From assembly GCF_006345805.1 (NCBI RefSeq), contig NC_043006.1:25420001-25484000 (forward strand): 64,000 nt of DNA. The letters run 5' to 3'. Below, piece by piece: positions 39,011 through 51,684 of this stretch (position 1 is its first letter; every line of letters begins with the position of its first letter). Both the position numbers and the translations under genes were made by a program. The notes beneath the pieces are model-generated. The model was not told the DNA's origin. It did no database searches and worked only from the letters and a program-made list of their open reading frames with translations. The stretch comes from Octopus sinensis (Eukaryota).

Positions 39011-39369
39011 GTATGATATAACCTTTTTATAATAACAAAAGATTCACTTAATAAATATTATTGTTATGATTATTTTCAATTAAAAAATATTACGTAAAAG
39101 TTATTTGAAGTTTAACTTCTTTTGTTTTTTGAAATTGTATTTTAATATAATTTATGCTTTTATTAAAATTGATTGAGATTAATTTAAATCTTCTATGCTT
39201 AAAATCTATTGGTTACATATTCTATTTCAGGGTCTACTCAAAATAATAGATGCTGTTAGGATGTTTATTAAATATTAGTCTATTTTGCCATTGAAAATGT
39301 CTATTATAACATTATTAAATACACATTCATTGGAAAGTACAAGATTTTATTTGTGGCTTATTTTCCCAG

Positions 39370-39510
39370 GTTTAATAAAAGTAACAAAGAAGACAAAGGA
39401 AGCAAAGATCATTCAAATGAAAATGCAAGCAAACAGAAAAATGAAAAACCACCTTCTGAAATATTAGAAATGGACAAAAATTGGAAAAATCCTCGAGGAG
39501 ATCAGAATAA
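39370..39510 (+). CDS. PARD3: Par-3 exon
   Basis: ttcccag acceptor, AA|gtaaaa donor; FNKSNKEDKGSKDHSNENASKQKNEKPPSEILEMDKNWKNPRGDQN; phase 2-2. Confidence 0.85.
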
Positions 39511-40272
39511 GTAAAAATTGATATTTTGTTTTAGCAAATTAAAAGTAGGTTAAAGTCAATATTGACCTAATTCCAACTACAGCCAATCCAACTTTGTATG
39601 GCGTATAGTATATCTTGGTCTATTCAATTTTTTTTTTAAGACTGTCGGGTAAGACTTGAGGAAGATTAGGCTGCCATTTCAAGCTGTTTGAGCAACGTTT
39701 GTTAGCTTTATTCTGTCTTTGTATAATTTTTTTTACACCTGACAGTAAACTCAATGCTAAAGGGTTAAATGGGTTGTGTATAAATGGATATTCCATCAGT
39801 TTCGTTAATACTTATTCAACTGAACTGCCAACCTATTGAGTTAGCATGTAAGTGGAATACATGTATTCCAAACAGAATTTTCAAGCAGAATTAACATGGC
39901 ACAATGTGACAAGGCTGATCCTTTCAATTGTAATCCAAAGGACTTTGACCAAGAGGTCAGCAATGGAATGAAACACAAGATACTATGATTGCAAAGCAAA
40001 CTTCACTTGGCCATCTGAGTTGTGTATTGGGTATAGAGGGAAACCATTGACAATTTAATTTAAATATTATTTTAAAATGTATCATTGATTTGAAGGAGAA
40101 TTCTAGTTTACCATAAGGCATGTTTATAAACCATATATGAAAATGTTTATAACCTTAATTTTTGTAACTTTTCCAATTGTCTCTTTGCAAATCATTGTGA
40201 GAGTATATTATTCCATTAATGAAGCCTCGTTGTTATTTAACTAATGTTCATTCATATATTACATATACATAG

Positions 40273-40522
40273 ATTCCCTGAGTATCAACGTTCACCACAG
40301 TCTCAAGTAAAATCTCAGCCTCATAAGCCAAGAGCTGTGTACCCAAAAGAGCATCATGTTATGGACATTTATCCATATAATGGTATGGGAAATAATCGCA
40401 CTGACAAGATCCAGCAGCTAAGAGAGGACCATCAAAGAAAACATCAAGAACGACAAGGACGTTACCCTCATGAAGATAGGGAAGATTTGTACGAGAAACG
40501 TTTGCAAGATTTGGAGAGGAGA
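40273..40522 (+). CDS. PARD3: Par-3 exon (coiled-coil region)
   Basis: catag acceptor, AGA|gtatgt donor; RTDKIQQLREDHQRKHQERQGRYPHEDREDLYEKRLQDLERR. Confidence 0.9.
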
Positions 40523-40629
40523 GTATGTACCTTTTATAATATTCATAGTTATAGTCTTATACCTCCAAAGACAGTAGTTACTTAATTTTGGGGCACCTTC
40601 CTCATCTTTTATTTTTATCTGAGGTAAAA

Positions 40630-41285
40630 CATCATCATCATTTAACGTGTTTTCTATGCTGGCATGAGTTGGACAGTTTGACAGGAGCTGGCCAGCTGAA
40701 GAGCTGCCCACACTCTGTCTGTTTTGGTACAGTTTCTACAGCTGGATGCCCTTCCTAATGCCAACCATTCTACAAAGTATGCTGGGTGCTTTTACACAGC
40801 AATGGCAAGGATGCATTTGCATGGCACTGGTACAGGTGCTTTTTATGTGGCACCAGCCTGCAAGGTTAGGAATGCTCAATTGGAGCGGGACGCAGGGGAC
40901 AGCCTATACTTAGCTTGACATGTCTTTCCAAGCACAGCAAACCGCCAGGCATCTCAGTCCCATGTCATCCCCTCTGTGAGTCCTGATGTCTGTAGATCCT
41001 ATCTTACCACTTCATCCTATGTCTTCCTGGGTCTGCCCTTTCCACGAGTTCCCTCTACAATTAGAGAGTGGCATCTCTTGATGCAACTGTCTTCATTCAT
41101 ATGCATGACATGGCCATACCAGTACACTCTTCTCTTTTGCATGCTACATCTGATGCTTCGTATACCCAGTTTTTCTCTCAAATTACTTACACCCTGTTGT
41201 ATATGCACACTGACATTACCCATCCAGCAGAGGATACTGGTTTCATTTCTTTCAAGCATCTGCCTATCCTCAGTAGTTACAGACT
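40630..41285 (-). mobile_element. 3' end of an RTE-clade LINE continuous with a family-A tail
   Basis: ERNETSILCWM...RRVYWYGHVMHM...VEGTRGKGRPRKT (RTE C-terminus), followed by family-A sequence and (GAT)n. Confidence 0.85.
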
Positions 41286-41998
41286 ACTGAGGATATGAAT
41301 GACCATGGATTGCATCTAGAAAGTTACCCTCCAAAGCACAAGTCTGGGCAAGGTTGTTTATGGAAGACCAACAATTGCCTGTGCATTTGTTCAAGGTGTC
41401 AAGCTGGATAGAGCACAAAAAAAAATGCTTTACTATATTTGTTACCGTTCTTTACATTTTGAGTTCAAATCCTGCAAATGCCAACTTTGCTTTCATTCCG
41501 CCAGGGTTGATGAAATAAGGTACCTATCGAGTACCAATCTGGTTTGTGATATTGACTTATCCCATGCCCTAAAATATTGCTGGTTTTGTGCCTAAATTTA
41601 AAAAAACAAACATTATTGATGTGTTTGAAGAGAGGTTTCAGTATTCATAGCCTTTTCAAACCTTCCTCCTACGTGGGCAAGAGTAACTAGCTGTGATTTA
41701 AACAGTTTAGTTTTAATCCTGAAAAGTTTATTAATGAAATGTGGCTTACCACATACATGGATCCTTCCATAACTATATACAAGCCTGATGAATAAAATAT
41801 TATAGCTGATACTTTATACTTTTGTTTCTTTTCAACTCAGTTTTTTTGTAATAGGCTGTTTTGTATATATGAATCAAAAATATTAAATGTATTAACAATA
41901 CCAACCATTTTCCACATTTTGATGTAATTATCAATTTCACAGCCAAACACACCTTTTTCCCCTTCAGTAGTTGATTGATTTCATTTTAATCTTTACAG

Positions 41999-42108
41999 AA
42001 GTTGAGCAATTACAGTTCCAATCCTAACCAGCTTCCTTACCAAGAGGTAGAATATGCTATTGTGAATAAGAATCGTCCACCTGGGGTTCGGACTGTTCAG
42101 CATGAAAG
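41999..42108 (+). CDS. PARD3: Par-3 exon; absent from ORF track
   Basis: tttacag acceptor, AG|gtatgc donor; KLSNYSSNPNQLPYQEVEYAIVNKNRPPGVRTVQHE; phase 0-2 bridges its neighbours. Confidence 0.85.
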
Positions 42109-42558
42109 GTATGCACTTTTCTCCAATTCCTGGATAGGACCCCATTTATGAGTAAGAACGCAGCAGTTAACGGAAGGTAGAGTTTCATACTGCAGTTTTC
42201 TGTATCGTCTATGCCAGCACCAGAAGCACAGTTGATTACCAAGAGCTGCACTTGTGTTAAATGTTGCCTATACAACTAGTGTCCATCTAGTCACTACACT
42301 GTTTAATCTGTAGTTAAACCTTTGAACGTCAGAATGCATGAACTTTTAATCACTTCACTTTCATCACCAGATATTACAGTTACCTTCTCTCTATTTTTTT
42401 ATCACTTTATTGCTTTATTGTAAAATATCACTTTTGATCATGTTTTCTTATGTCACACAGCACACATTTTATATTGAAAGTTTAAATATTTGTTATTTTT
42501 CAGTTGGCTACATTTGTCCACAAAACACTAATTTTTCTTATAATATAACTTCATTCTA

Positions 42559-42772
42559 AGGCGGTGAGCTGACAGAAACGTTAGCACCCCGGGCAAAATG
42601 CTTAGCAGTATTTCATCTGTCTTTACGTTCGGAGTTCAAATTCTGCCAAGGTCAACTTTGCCTTTCACCCTTTTGGGGTTGATAAATTAAGTACCAGTTG
42701 CATACTGGGGTCAATCTAATTGACTACCCCCCTCTCCCAAACTTTCAGGCCTTGTGCCTAGAGTAGAAAAGA
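42559..42772 (+). mobile_element. SINE family C
   Basis: ggcggtgagctgacagaaacgttagcac...ggagttcaaattc; ends ~40 nt before the last Par-3 acceptor. Confidence 0.85.
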
Positions 42773-42814
42773 TTATAACTTTGTTCTTCAATATTCATTT
42801 TCTATTTTATTTAG

Positions 42815-43256
42815 GGTTCCTGTACATCCGAGCCATCCGCCTTATAACTATATTCCAGAGTCCAACAATGATGAACACTTCTATGAAACCAACTATTCGG
42901 AAATAGTTCCTAAATTCCCTCCTCCATATCCTCGTACTGTACAAGAAAGTTGGCAAGATGAGGATCGTGATGTTTCTCATTCTTGGCAACCCAGCAAACA
43001 TAAAGATGACATACATGGACCATCAAGTAGCAATTACACTGACAATATACAAGGCAGTCAAAAACATTGGATTCATAATCGCTCTGGAGTTCAAAGTGCA
43101 CCTCCAACATGGCAACATAAAATTCCTGTAGGGACTCCTGTTCCTATGGAAGATCATTATAACTATTGTATGGATTATGTGGACTCATTCCAAGACCAAA
43201 TGTATAGTAGTGTACCAAGTGGTAAACGAACCCCAACTCAGATAGCTAATGTGTGA
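42815..43256 (+). CDS. PARD3: Par-3 last coding exon, ending ...KRTPTQIANV*
   Basis: tatttag acceptor; 147-codon open frame VPVHPSHPPYNY...FPPPYP...QIANV-TGA in the phase required by the previous exon. Confidence 0.85.
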
Positions 43257-43805
43257 TGCTCAAAAAGGATTTACTAAATGGAAATTATTTTGTATGTTAA
43301 ACAGGTCCATTTGAGTTCATCATAACATTCCAGAAAGAAAGACCATATAACTTAAATACTAAGTAACTAACAATCTAGGTAAGAAGAAGAATACCTGGAG
43401 ATGTAATTCAAAATAATTGTAATTACAAAATAAGAAGGTTCTCTTTTTGAATTATTTGTTTGTCACAGTGCTCGGCTATACCATAAATAGCATCATGAGT
43501 GAAGTATATAACCCAGCATCCAGCTCATTCCTTATACAAACTTCTTATAGTACAGATAAATCAAGAAGGAAGTTTTAAATTTCTTTTTTTTTTTCAAATA
43601 CACCTGAAGAAAACTTAACATAACGAGTAGTTTTTAATGGCAAACTGGGTATAGAAAATAATTCTAAAAGTTGTTACATAATCATAAAATTGAGTGAAAG
43701 TTACATTATTTATTTAAAAATTGAGAAATGCTTATTTTGTATACATCACATTTTATATAAATGGTTTTAATGAAATTGACCCAATATAGCTTGTAATTAT
43801 TTCGT

Positions 43806-43811
43806 AATAAA
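43806..43811 (+). promoter_or_regulatory. Candidate polyadenylation signal of Par-3
   Basis: AATAAA ~550 nt after the stop; usage not demonstrable from sequence. Confidence 0.35.
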
Positions 43812-44969
43812 GAGAGTTAAAAAAGCCAAAAAAATGTTTAATATCATTTTCTGTAGATGGTAAAACAAAATTTAAAAATCCACAGGCATTTTCTTAAAAC
43901 TTTTATGGTTAAAAAAATGTCAGAAAAACAGTAAATCGAATCTATTTTTAATTTCTTGCAAGAAGGAAACAGCTGAATTTTTATCTATCCAACAAATGCA
44001 ACAATAGTAAAAAAAAGAGAAACCCATTATCTTCATTTTTGTTTGAATGTCTAGTTTTCTTTGATTGTATAGATAGATATGTCTGCAAAACAGCAACTCT
44101 CCATGCAATATTTCCTCTGCAGAGCTGAACATAACTCAACCTCACATCATCCCCATAAGCTAACTTTGTACATCTATTGAAACAGTTAAATTATTCTTTT
44201 CCATTTTACTACACAAGATTTTTATTTACTGCTTGTGTTTCTGTCATACAGCATCATAGACAGACCCAAATCATTTGCCATTCTGAGGGTGTCTGCATTG
44301 ATACATATCTGACTGACACCCCACCTCAGCACTCTTGACTGTTTCTCACCTTTTTAACCCAGGAAACATAAACACCTCTTTTATCCTTCTAAAGCTCTTT
44401 CTGGGTTTTTTTTTTTTTTTTTTTTGCTTCGTTTTTTTTTTTAACCACTTTACTAAGAATTTCAACAAAAAGCGATCAAAGCTCTCAACTTGGTTTTGTA
44501 CAATTGCCTAGAAAGGTTACCGACCTGTGGACTTCATCTTTCTTTCAGGTTTCCCCTCAAACCACTCTACATAGCATGTATGTATGAGGTGCACTTGAAC
44601 CTAGAATCGACCAACTCTAGTATACCAAGGTTATGTCTCCTACACTTTCTCTTTTGTTCTTTAACGATGAACTTGCCGTAAATTCACACACACAACACTT
44701 CACTCCTCTCAACCTTCTTTAGATGTGTCATCTGTAAGCAATCTTAATATCTCACACTAGATTTTTCAATGCTTCCATCATACTTCATATTTCAGCATCT
44801 TTGCCTGATAGATACATGGCAACTTAGTCTCCTTCAACAGCATCATAATAATCACTACAAATGTCAAAGAAATTCTTGCATATGAGCTTAAAAAACCTGC
44901 TGAGGTTGCAGCTGCTAGACTTTGATCAGTCATAATAGCCACACATACTTAATATAAACTTCATCCCAA

Positions 44970-45055
44970 ACCACCGGTGGGCCCTAGGGACCATGTTGGG
45001 AATCACTGGTTTAAAGCATTCCAGCTTTGTTGCTATAACTCTCTCTCTCTCTCTC
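44970..45055. repeat. Displaced duplicate of the hAT terminus plus its flanking DNA (copy of ~48509-48597)
   Basis: accac(c/t)ggtgggccctagggaccatgttgg(g)aatcactg-gtttaaag-cattccagctttgttgctataac(tc)n occurs at both loci. Confidence 0.9.
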
Positions 45056-46030
45056 AACAGTAAACTTCGGAGTCCCAAAATATTTTAGTTCTCATCAGTT
45101 GTTAACTATATATATATATATATATCGATAGGTGAATGAATTATCCTATGTTTACCGTCAACATGGAAAATTCGATGAACCGATACCAGGGTAGCAAATT
45201 CACGTCAGAAACACGGTTGAAGCGACCTGTCCAAGGGTAGAAACTCCGGGTTCATGTGCAGAAATTTGTGTGTTATATATGAATAAATAAATAAATAAAT
45301 GGAGTTGAACGAAGATGTTAACAAAATTCCTTTACTCTCGACATATATATATATATTTATATATATGATGCACACACAAAAGTCCTCTCCTACAGAAAAA
45401 AAACCATCCAGAACTTCGCAAACTTCGATTCACTAATGTATTACAATCATCTGCTTACAGACATGCTGTTTTCTATTAAAAGAGGTTATGCTTTTCTGAA
45501 CAAGCAAGCTGTATATCAACTTTGCCCAAGCTCAATCAGTGCATTTACCCATCTCTCTTTGTTCCTATTTAATCTAACTTATGAGACTGTATTAAATACT
45601 TTTGTTTGTCTTTCTCCCCACAATCGCATTAACAACACTTTGGAAAAGCCAGCAAGATCATGTGCTTTACTCTTTCTCTAATTAAATAATTTTAAAAATT
45701 AGCCTTTATTTCTCAAAACTGATTTAATGCTTTGTTGCTGTTGAATTTGTGATTGAACAGATCTATGGTTTAAAGCAGTGGTTCCCAACCTTTTTCAGCT
45801 CAGGGACCATTTTTTACTTGAAAAAATTTCTAGGGGCCACTTCTACTTTTACTTCATGCTTTTCTATTTTCACACCAAAATACTTAATGAAAAGACAGAA
45901 TAGTCTATTTACACTTTAAAATTTATTTTAGCAAACAAAAGATAAGATTTAAATTTATTTTAGTAAACAAAGATAAGCACAAGATATCAAAATCCTTTTT
46001 CATAAAGTCATTCATTTTTAGTCCATTCAG

Positions 46031-48153
46031 CTAGGGACTAGCTTGATATTGGTGTTTCTGACACAATATATCAATATCAATTTTAATGAACTCATTAAGT
46101 CTTAGTCTGATAGTTCCTCTGCTGTTGATTTATTTCTTTTTCTACATGAAATATCTACAACAGCTGAAAATGCAGATTCCACCATCCATGTGGTAGGGAA
46201 AGAAATGATGCTTGCTTCTACTTGTCAAAAAATATTTGGGTGTGATTCCTTTATCGATATGTAGGCAAAGACACCTTCTTTTTCAACTCTTCTTCTCAGT
46301 TTTATATTCCCTTTCAAATCCAACAACATTTCAGCCAGCTCAAAATTTTCATCTCCTGGCTCATAATTTTCTAAGTCTACAAACTAGAGTGGATAATCCA
46401 TCTTTAATAAATCATTGTATCTCCTCTCAAAGTCTACATGAAGACCTTCAAGACAGGCAATGCGTACAGCAATGCATTCTGATGTAGGAATAGTGGTGTT
46501 AAAATTTTGAAATGATGCCAAATTTTTTTTTTCAAACTGTTTTTCCCAAAATTTTAATTTCCCCATCTACCCTTTTATCTTCTGAGAACATGTGACCAAA
46601 TCTGATTTTCTACCTTGCAGCTCTAAGTTAAGCAGATTCACTGTTTTAAAAATATCACTCAAATTGAATATTTTTGATTTAAACTTAGAAAGTCTTTCCA
46701 AATTTTCTTAGCTGTATCAGCTTGCTTCTTTGAGTTGTAGTGAGTCATCTGACTCTTGAATATAAGGAAGTTGATTAATGGTTCCCACAAATTCATCATC
46801 ATCATCATCCCACCGTGGTCGAGATAATGGAATTTACCAAGCTACGCCAGACTTCATGGTCCATCATAGCATTACGGAGGTCCTTTTGCTGGATGCCTGT
46901 ATCCCTGGAGATTACATCAGGGTAGGAGAGTGTGCGCCCTCTGGTATTGCGAGTAGATGGCTTCCAGAGGAGAAGAGTAGAAATTGCCTTGTTTTCAGCT
47001 CTACAACAATGTCCAGCAAACTGGACTCTCCTACCTTTCACAAGAGATGACACAGGTGGTAGTTTCCCATATATTTGCATTTTGGTTGGATGACGCTTCC
47101 ACGAGAGATTTTTTATCAAGCTTCTTTGATGATGTCCACTAGTCTTTCAAGGCTCAGTTCTTTTGACAACCATCTTACTTCTGTGTGAAGCAATAGGGTT
47201 TTAAAATCTTCATCTTCACAGAATTGCATAAAAAGTCTATTATTCACTGGGTTTGATTTGACAAAGTTAATTGCATGTATGACAGTGTTGAGTGCTTCTT
47301 CCATGTGACTTCCAATATTCTTAGCAACCAAATGCTGTCTGTGGATAATGCAATGTACATAAAAAATGTGAGGAGCAACTGATTTCATTCTAGAAACAAA
47401 ACCTTTCACTTTTCCAGTCATGGCTGCAGCTCCATCTGATGCAATGTTGATCAAATTAGTCAATGGAATACTTTTATCATTAAAATACTGCATTACTTCA
47501 CTGACTATATCGTCTCCATTAGTAGTTTCAGACAAACTTTTAATGAATAATATTTCTTCCCTTATATCATCTTCATGGATGAATCTGACATAGACCAGGA
47601 TAGCTTGGTTATGAATTGTGCTATCTTCAACCTGGATAGAAAAATTTGTCGTTTGGAGAATTTCCACAATCTTCTCCTCAACAAAATTAGACATTCCATC
47701 CTGTCTTCTTGTAATTGTGTTATTTGAAAGTGCAATTGTACTCAGAGTAGATGCAGCATCTTTTCTCAGAACTTCATTTGCACAAGCTATCATAGCAGGC
47801 TTGACAAGTTCCTCACCATAAATCTGAGGTGCTGCAACCTTGGCAATAATTTCAGAGACCAAATAACTTAGTTTGAGTGTCTTTGCTTTTTCAGTATTTA
47901 TCTTCTTTACAGAGTTGGGTAGTTTGATTGGCTGTATTTTCTTTTTATTCTCAAAATATTCCCTACCTTTACCAACAGATGATAGATGCCTTAATTTCTA
48001 GTGCTGTTCCAGCTTAACTTTCTTCATGGAATGATTTGTCATGATGGCATGAAATTCAAGGCACATAGGTTTTGAGTGTACAGATACAAAACCTAACATG
48101 ATAAAATCTTTGTAGTTCCTCAGTTTTGCCTTTTTAGCAATTGGTTCAGACAT
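46031..48153 (-). pseudogene. hAT/Buster transposase pseudogene
   Basis: MSEPIAKKAKLRNY...BED-like region with a stop, SIQVEDST, ASDGAAAM, HCIIHRQ, EVRWLS, FPTTWMVESAFS; stops, frameshifts and a LINE insertion. Confidence 0.88.
46793..47135 (-). mobile_element. 5'-truncated RTE/RTEX-like LINE inserted in the hAT transposase
   Basis: KNLSWKRHPTK...RRVQFAGHCCRAE...LLLWKP with (GAT)n tail; the transposase reads ERLV|NLWEPLINFL across the insertion. Confidence 0.8.
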
Positions 48154-48865
48154 TATTACAACTGATCTTATAATAAATAAAAATAATAAATACTTTATTT
48201 CTATAAATTAAAAGTATCAAATTTATTATTAAACAATATTGTGTAGTGATCTATTAAAAATATCAATTTTATTATGAAACTGTTGTGATTGTAAAATTTA
48301 AATTATGTAATTCTTGATTGTAATATATATTATTGATTATATATTATACATTACTGATTCTTATGGAATAATTATTGAATTTTGTTTTATTATTATTATT
48401 CTGTTTTTAACATAAATTATTATTAACTAACAGTGTCTTTATTATCGAACAATATTTTGTAGATCTGAAATGGCTTCAATTTTTTTTATGGCTATGAATT
48501 CTCTGGGGACCACTGGTGGGCCCTAGGGACCATGTTGGAATCACTGGTTTAAAGCATTCCAGCTTTGTTGCTATAACTCTCTCTCTCTCTCTCTCTCATA
48601 GAACAGTATATCTGGTAGTTGGTAAAACATTTAGAGAATGGAGCTTGGGTATACACCCAGAACTGCGCTAATAGCTTAGAAGTGAAATTTAGGATTTCTC
48701 AGTTTTCTATGAATCAATTTTGATAAACCTTTTCCCAGCTGGTCTTCACACTATGGCAACTCCATTATGATTTCATTATTCTGTGTAACGTCCTTTCTTT
48801 TTTTAATTCTGATTCTTCAGTTTTTGGGTCAACCACACTAATAGCGTCTCTCCTCTCTAAGAACA

Positions 48866-48992
48866 ATGGGATGTGGAAAAGGCCTTAAGAAAAGTCTGTT
48901 ATCATCAAGGAAAGAGCTACAGGTATCTCTCTTCATGTCACTGGAGAGAAATTTGGTTGTCATGTGGACACCGTTAGACAATTTGTTCGCTT
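48866..48992 (+). pseudogene. Possible Tc1-like transposase N-terminal remnant
   Basis: MGCGKGL / EKSVIIKERATGISLHVTGEKFGCHVDTVRQFV, with a frameshift, resembles the Tc1 first HTH. Confidence 0.4.
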
Positions 48993-49673
48993 GACAGGAA
49001 CCAGTGTCTGTTTTGGCATAGTTTCCTAATGCCAAGCAGTTTAAGGAGAGGAGTGTACTGAGTGCTTTTTCATATTGCCATCACTAGTAGCTTGTGAGAC
49101 AATACACACCTTGATTGAATAAGAACAGGTACATTACTGTAAAGATACATGGAAAAGATGGTAATCAGGGGGATTGGGACACATGTATACTTAAAATAAA
49201 AAGTCGAACCCAAGCAAAGAAGTGATAGTCTGTATCAACAGTTAGTGAGGATCTAGTTAAATTCATTCACAAAATCTGCATTTCTTAAAAGGAAGTAAAA
49301 AATCTGAAAATCGGTTATATTGATGCAGTTTTCCACACTTATACCTGTGAAGTGATGATCTTGTGGAGAAAAGAATTGATGAAAAAGTTACAGACATTTA
49401 AAAATCAAAGAAGTTGTGTATTTTTAGCCAATAGTGAGGCAGAGATTTTCTGCGTTGTAGTGGTGTCAACTTTAAGGTTGCACCCCTGTGAAATTTTTCC
49501 AGAATTTCAGTTTTTTAAATCAGCCCCTTCCAGAATTCCTATCAGAATAACAATACCCACTGTAGCTCACAACTTACTCAATTTTTACGGATTAGTGTCA
49601 TGAAAATTTCTTGTGGAACACCTAGAGACTACAAATGAGTCCTGAAATATAGTAGCCAGCTGAAAAATGTATT

Positions 49674-50056
49674 ACTCTTTTACTTGTTTCAGTCATTTGA
49701 CCGTGGCCATGCTGGAGCACCACCTTTAGTTGAGCAATCGACCCCGGGACTTATTCTTTGTAAACCCAGTACTTATTCTATCGGTCTCTTTTGCCGAACC
49801 GCTAAGTGACGGAGACGTAGACACACCAGCATCAGTTGTCAAGCAATGCTAGGGGGACAAACACAGACACATGCACATATATATACTTATATAGGACGGG
49901 CTTCTTTCAGTTTCCGCCTACCAAATCCACTCACAAGGCTTTGGTCGGCCCGAGGCTATAGTAGAAGACACTTGCCCAACATGCCATGCAGTGGGACTGA
50001 ACCCGGAACCATGTGGTTGGTAAGCAAGCTACTTACCACACAGGCACTCCTGCGCC
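49674..50056 (-). mobile_element. tRNA-derived SINE family B
   Basis: Near-identical to the other family B copies. Confidence 0.88.
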
Positions 50057-50191
50057 TATGAATTATTTCTCTTTAGAACTCTTTTCTTTATCATCAATTT
50101 GTTAAAAAATTATGCATGAAATGATATGAAATTGTTGCTTCAAAGAAATATATTCACAATAAAACAATGTTCAGCAAATTATTTTATTTTT

Positions 50192-50197
50192 TTTATT
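50192..50197 (-). promoter_or_regulatory. Candidate polyadenylation signal of the GRHPR-like gene
   Basis: AATAAA on minus strand ~130 nt after the stop. Confidence 0.45.
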
Positions 50198-50329
50198 GAA
50201 ATTATATTTAATGTCACAAAAATTACAAGTTCTTTTATGATTCTAACTTAGTAAATTCAGGTAATGATATGTCATCATAAAATAATAGAATTATTTCAGG
50301 TTCTAAGAATGTTATCAGTCGGGAATGTG

Positions 50330-50925
50330 TTACAATTTAATCTCGGCAGGCATGGGTTTTCCTTCCAAAGCAGCCAAAATATTCTTTGCAGTCAGCTCCG
50401 ACATAATTGATCTTGCTTTAGTTGTAGCACTGCCAATATGTGGCAAAATAGTGCAATTATCTAACGATAACAAGGGACTATCAGTTGGCAAGGGTTCTGG
50501 AGTTGTTACATCCAGTCCTGCCGCCAAAATAGTTTCATTCTTTAGACTATCATATAAATCTTCCTGGTTTACCACTGCGCCACGGGATATATTAATGAAG
50601 ATTGCTGTTTTCTTCATTTGTGAAAATGTTTCAGCTCTGAATAAATCTTTTGTTTCTGGAGTCAGACTGCAACAAACAATAACAAAATCAGATTCTTTCA
50701 AAAGGGTACGAAATTCCACACATTCAGCTTCAACTGGAAGTTCCCGAGCTCCTCGTTTAGAAGAATACAAAAACCTGGAAACACCAAAAGGTTGCAACAT
50801 CTGAAGTAGAGTGGTTCCAATTCGACCCATTCCTACAATACCAACTGTTGAATATTCTAAGCCAGAGCCACATAACCACATAGATTTCCAAGAGCTCCAT
50901 TCACCAGACTTGACAGCATGTACAG
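50330..50925 (-). CDS. GRHPR: Glyoxylate reductase/hydroxypyruvate reductase exon 3 (last)
   Basis: tctttag acceptor; GEWSSWKSMWLCG..VGIVGMGRIG (Rossmann), FINISRG, GLDVTTPEPLP, LPHIGSAT (Arg/Glu/His catalytic set), ends PMPAEIKL*. Confidence 0.95.
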
Positions 50926-51528
50926 CTAAAGAATATTAAAAACAGAAAATGGAGAAGAATTTAACATTGTGATTATTTAATTATTTTTTTGTTTTGTTTT
51001 TGCCTTATTTTCCAAATTGTAATGGATCAGAATTATCTTCTGATGACATAACAAAGATCATAGTCCCAATTCCTATGTTAAACTTGTACCCATGTCTAAT
51101 TCACCATGTGAGCATACTGAAGATGATAATGAATATAAAGAGCCAATATTTTTTACCACTACCTCAGGAACTTACTAATTGAGGTTAGTGAAGTTATTTC
51201 ATCTATGGGATTAGATGAGCTCAGCATTGTAAGCTAACAAAACACCCATCAATTAATTACACCATGTCACTGCTGCTTGTAACAGTGAACTAAACTCTAA
51301 ATACTTGAGCAAGAATGTAGAGAAAAGCATTGGCAACATGTTGATGCTTATAGGCACAAGTATGGCCATATTGTTAAATAATCGAGTGGAATTTAGTACA
51401 GAGAAACTGTGCAGAAGGCTGTTGTGTGCATATGTTAGTGTGCGTAGATGTATGTGTGTATGTATTCATATATGTCCAACCCAATGTATGGAAATGGTAA
51501 CATGGCCATCATAAAACAAGCACTAGAT

Positions 51529-51684
51529 TGAAGTATTGGAGGTTGATATGGCCAGCTAAAAAACCCCTGAAGTATTGGAGGTTGATATGGTCAGCTAAAA
51601 AACCCCTGAAGTATTGGAGGTTGATATGGTCAGCTAAAAAAACCCTGAAGTATTGGAGGTTGATATGGTCAGCTAAAAAACCCC
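51529..51684. repeat. Minisatellite, 39-bp unit x4
   Basis: tgaagtattggaggttgatatgg(c/t)cagctaaaaaacccc at 51529, 51568, 51607 and 51646, with no spacers. Confidence 0.95.

Larger units (their letters stand above)
45776..48546 (-). mobile_element. Full-length decayed hAT (Buster/Charlie-type) DNA transposon
   Basis: TIRs cagtggttcccaac / gttggaatcactg; perfect 8-bp TSD gtttaaag (45768-45775, 48547-48554) with central TA. Confidence 0.92.

Noticed and set aside
42109-42151. Alternative Par-3 C-terminus by read-through of the 42108 donor (RYALFSNSWIGPHL*)
   Set aside because: A strong AG|gtatgc donor and an in-phase downstream exon explain the region; there is no sequence evidence for retention.
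45058-45105. Minus-strand CTGATGA...GAAG hammerhead candidate
   Set aside because: The second box is GAAG rather than GAAA and the stems are ambiguous, so it is too degenerate to call.
50325-50804. 159-aa plus-strand ORF
   Set aside because: Antisense shadow of GRHPR exon 3 with no independent protein features.
51529-51684. 39-bp repeats resembling a CRISPR array, and the repetitive ORFs over them
   Set aside because: The units are head-to-tail with no unique spacers, there are no cas genes, and the context is a eukaryotic intron; it is a simple minisatellite.
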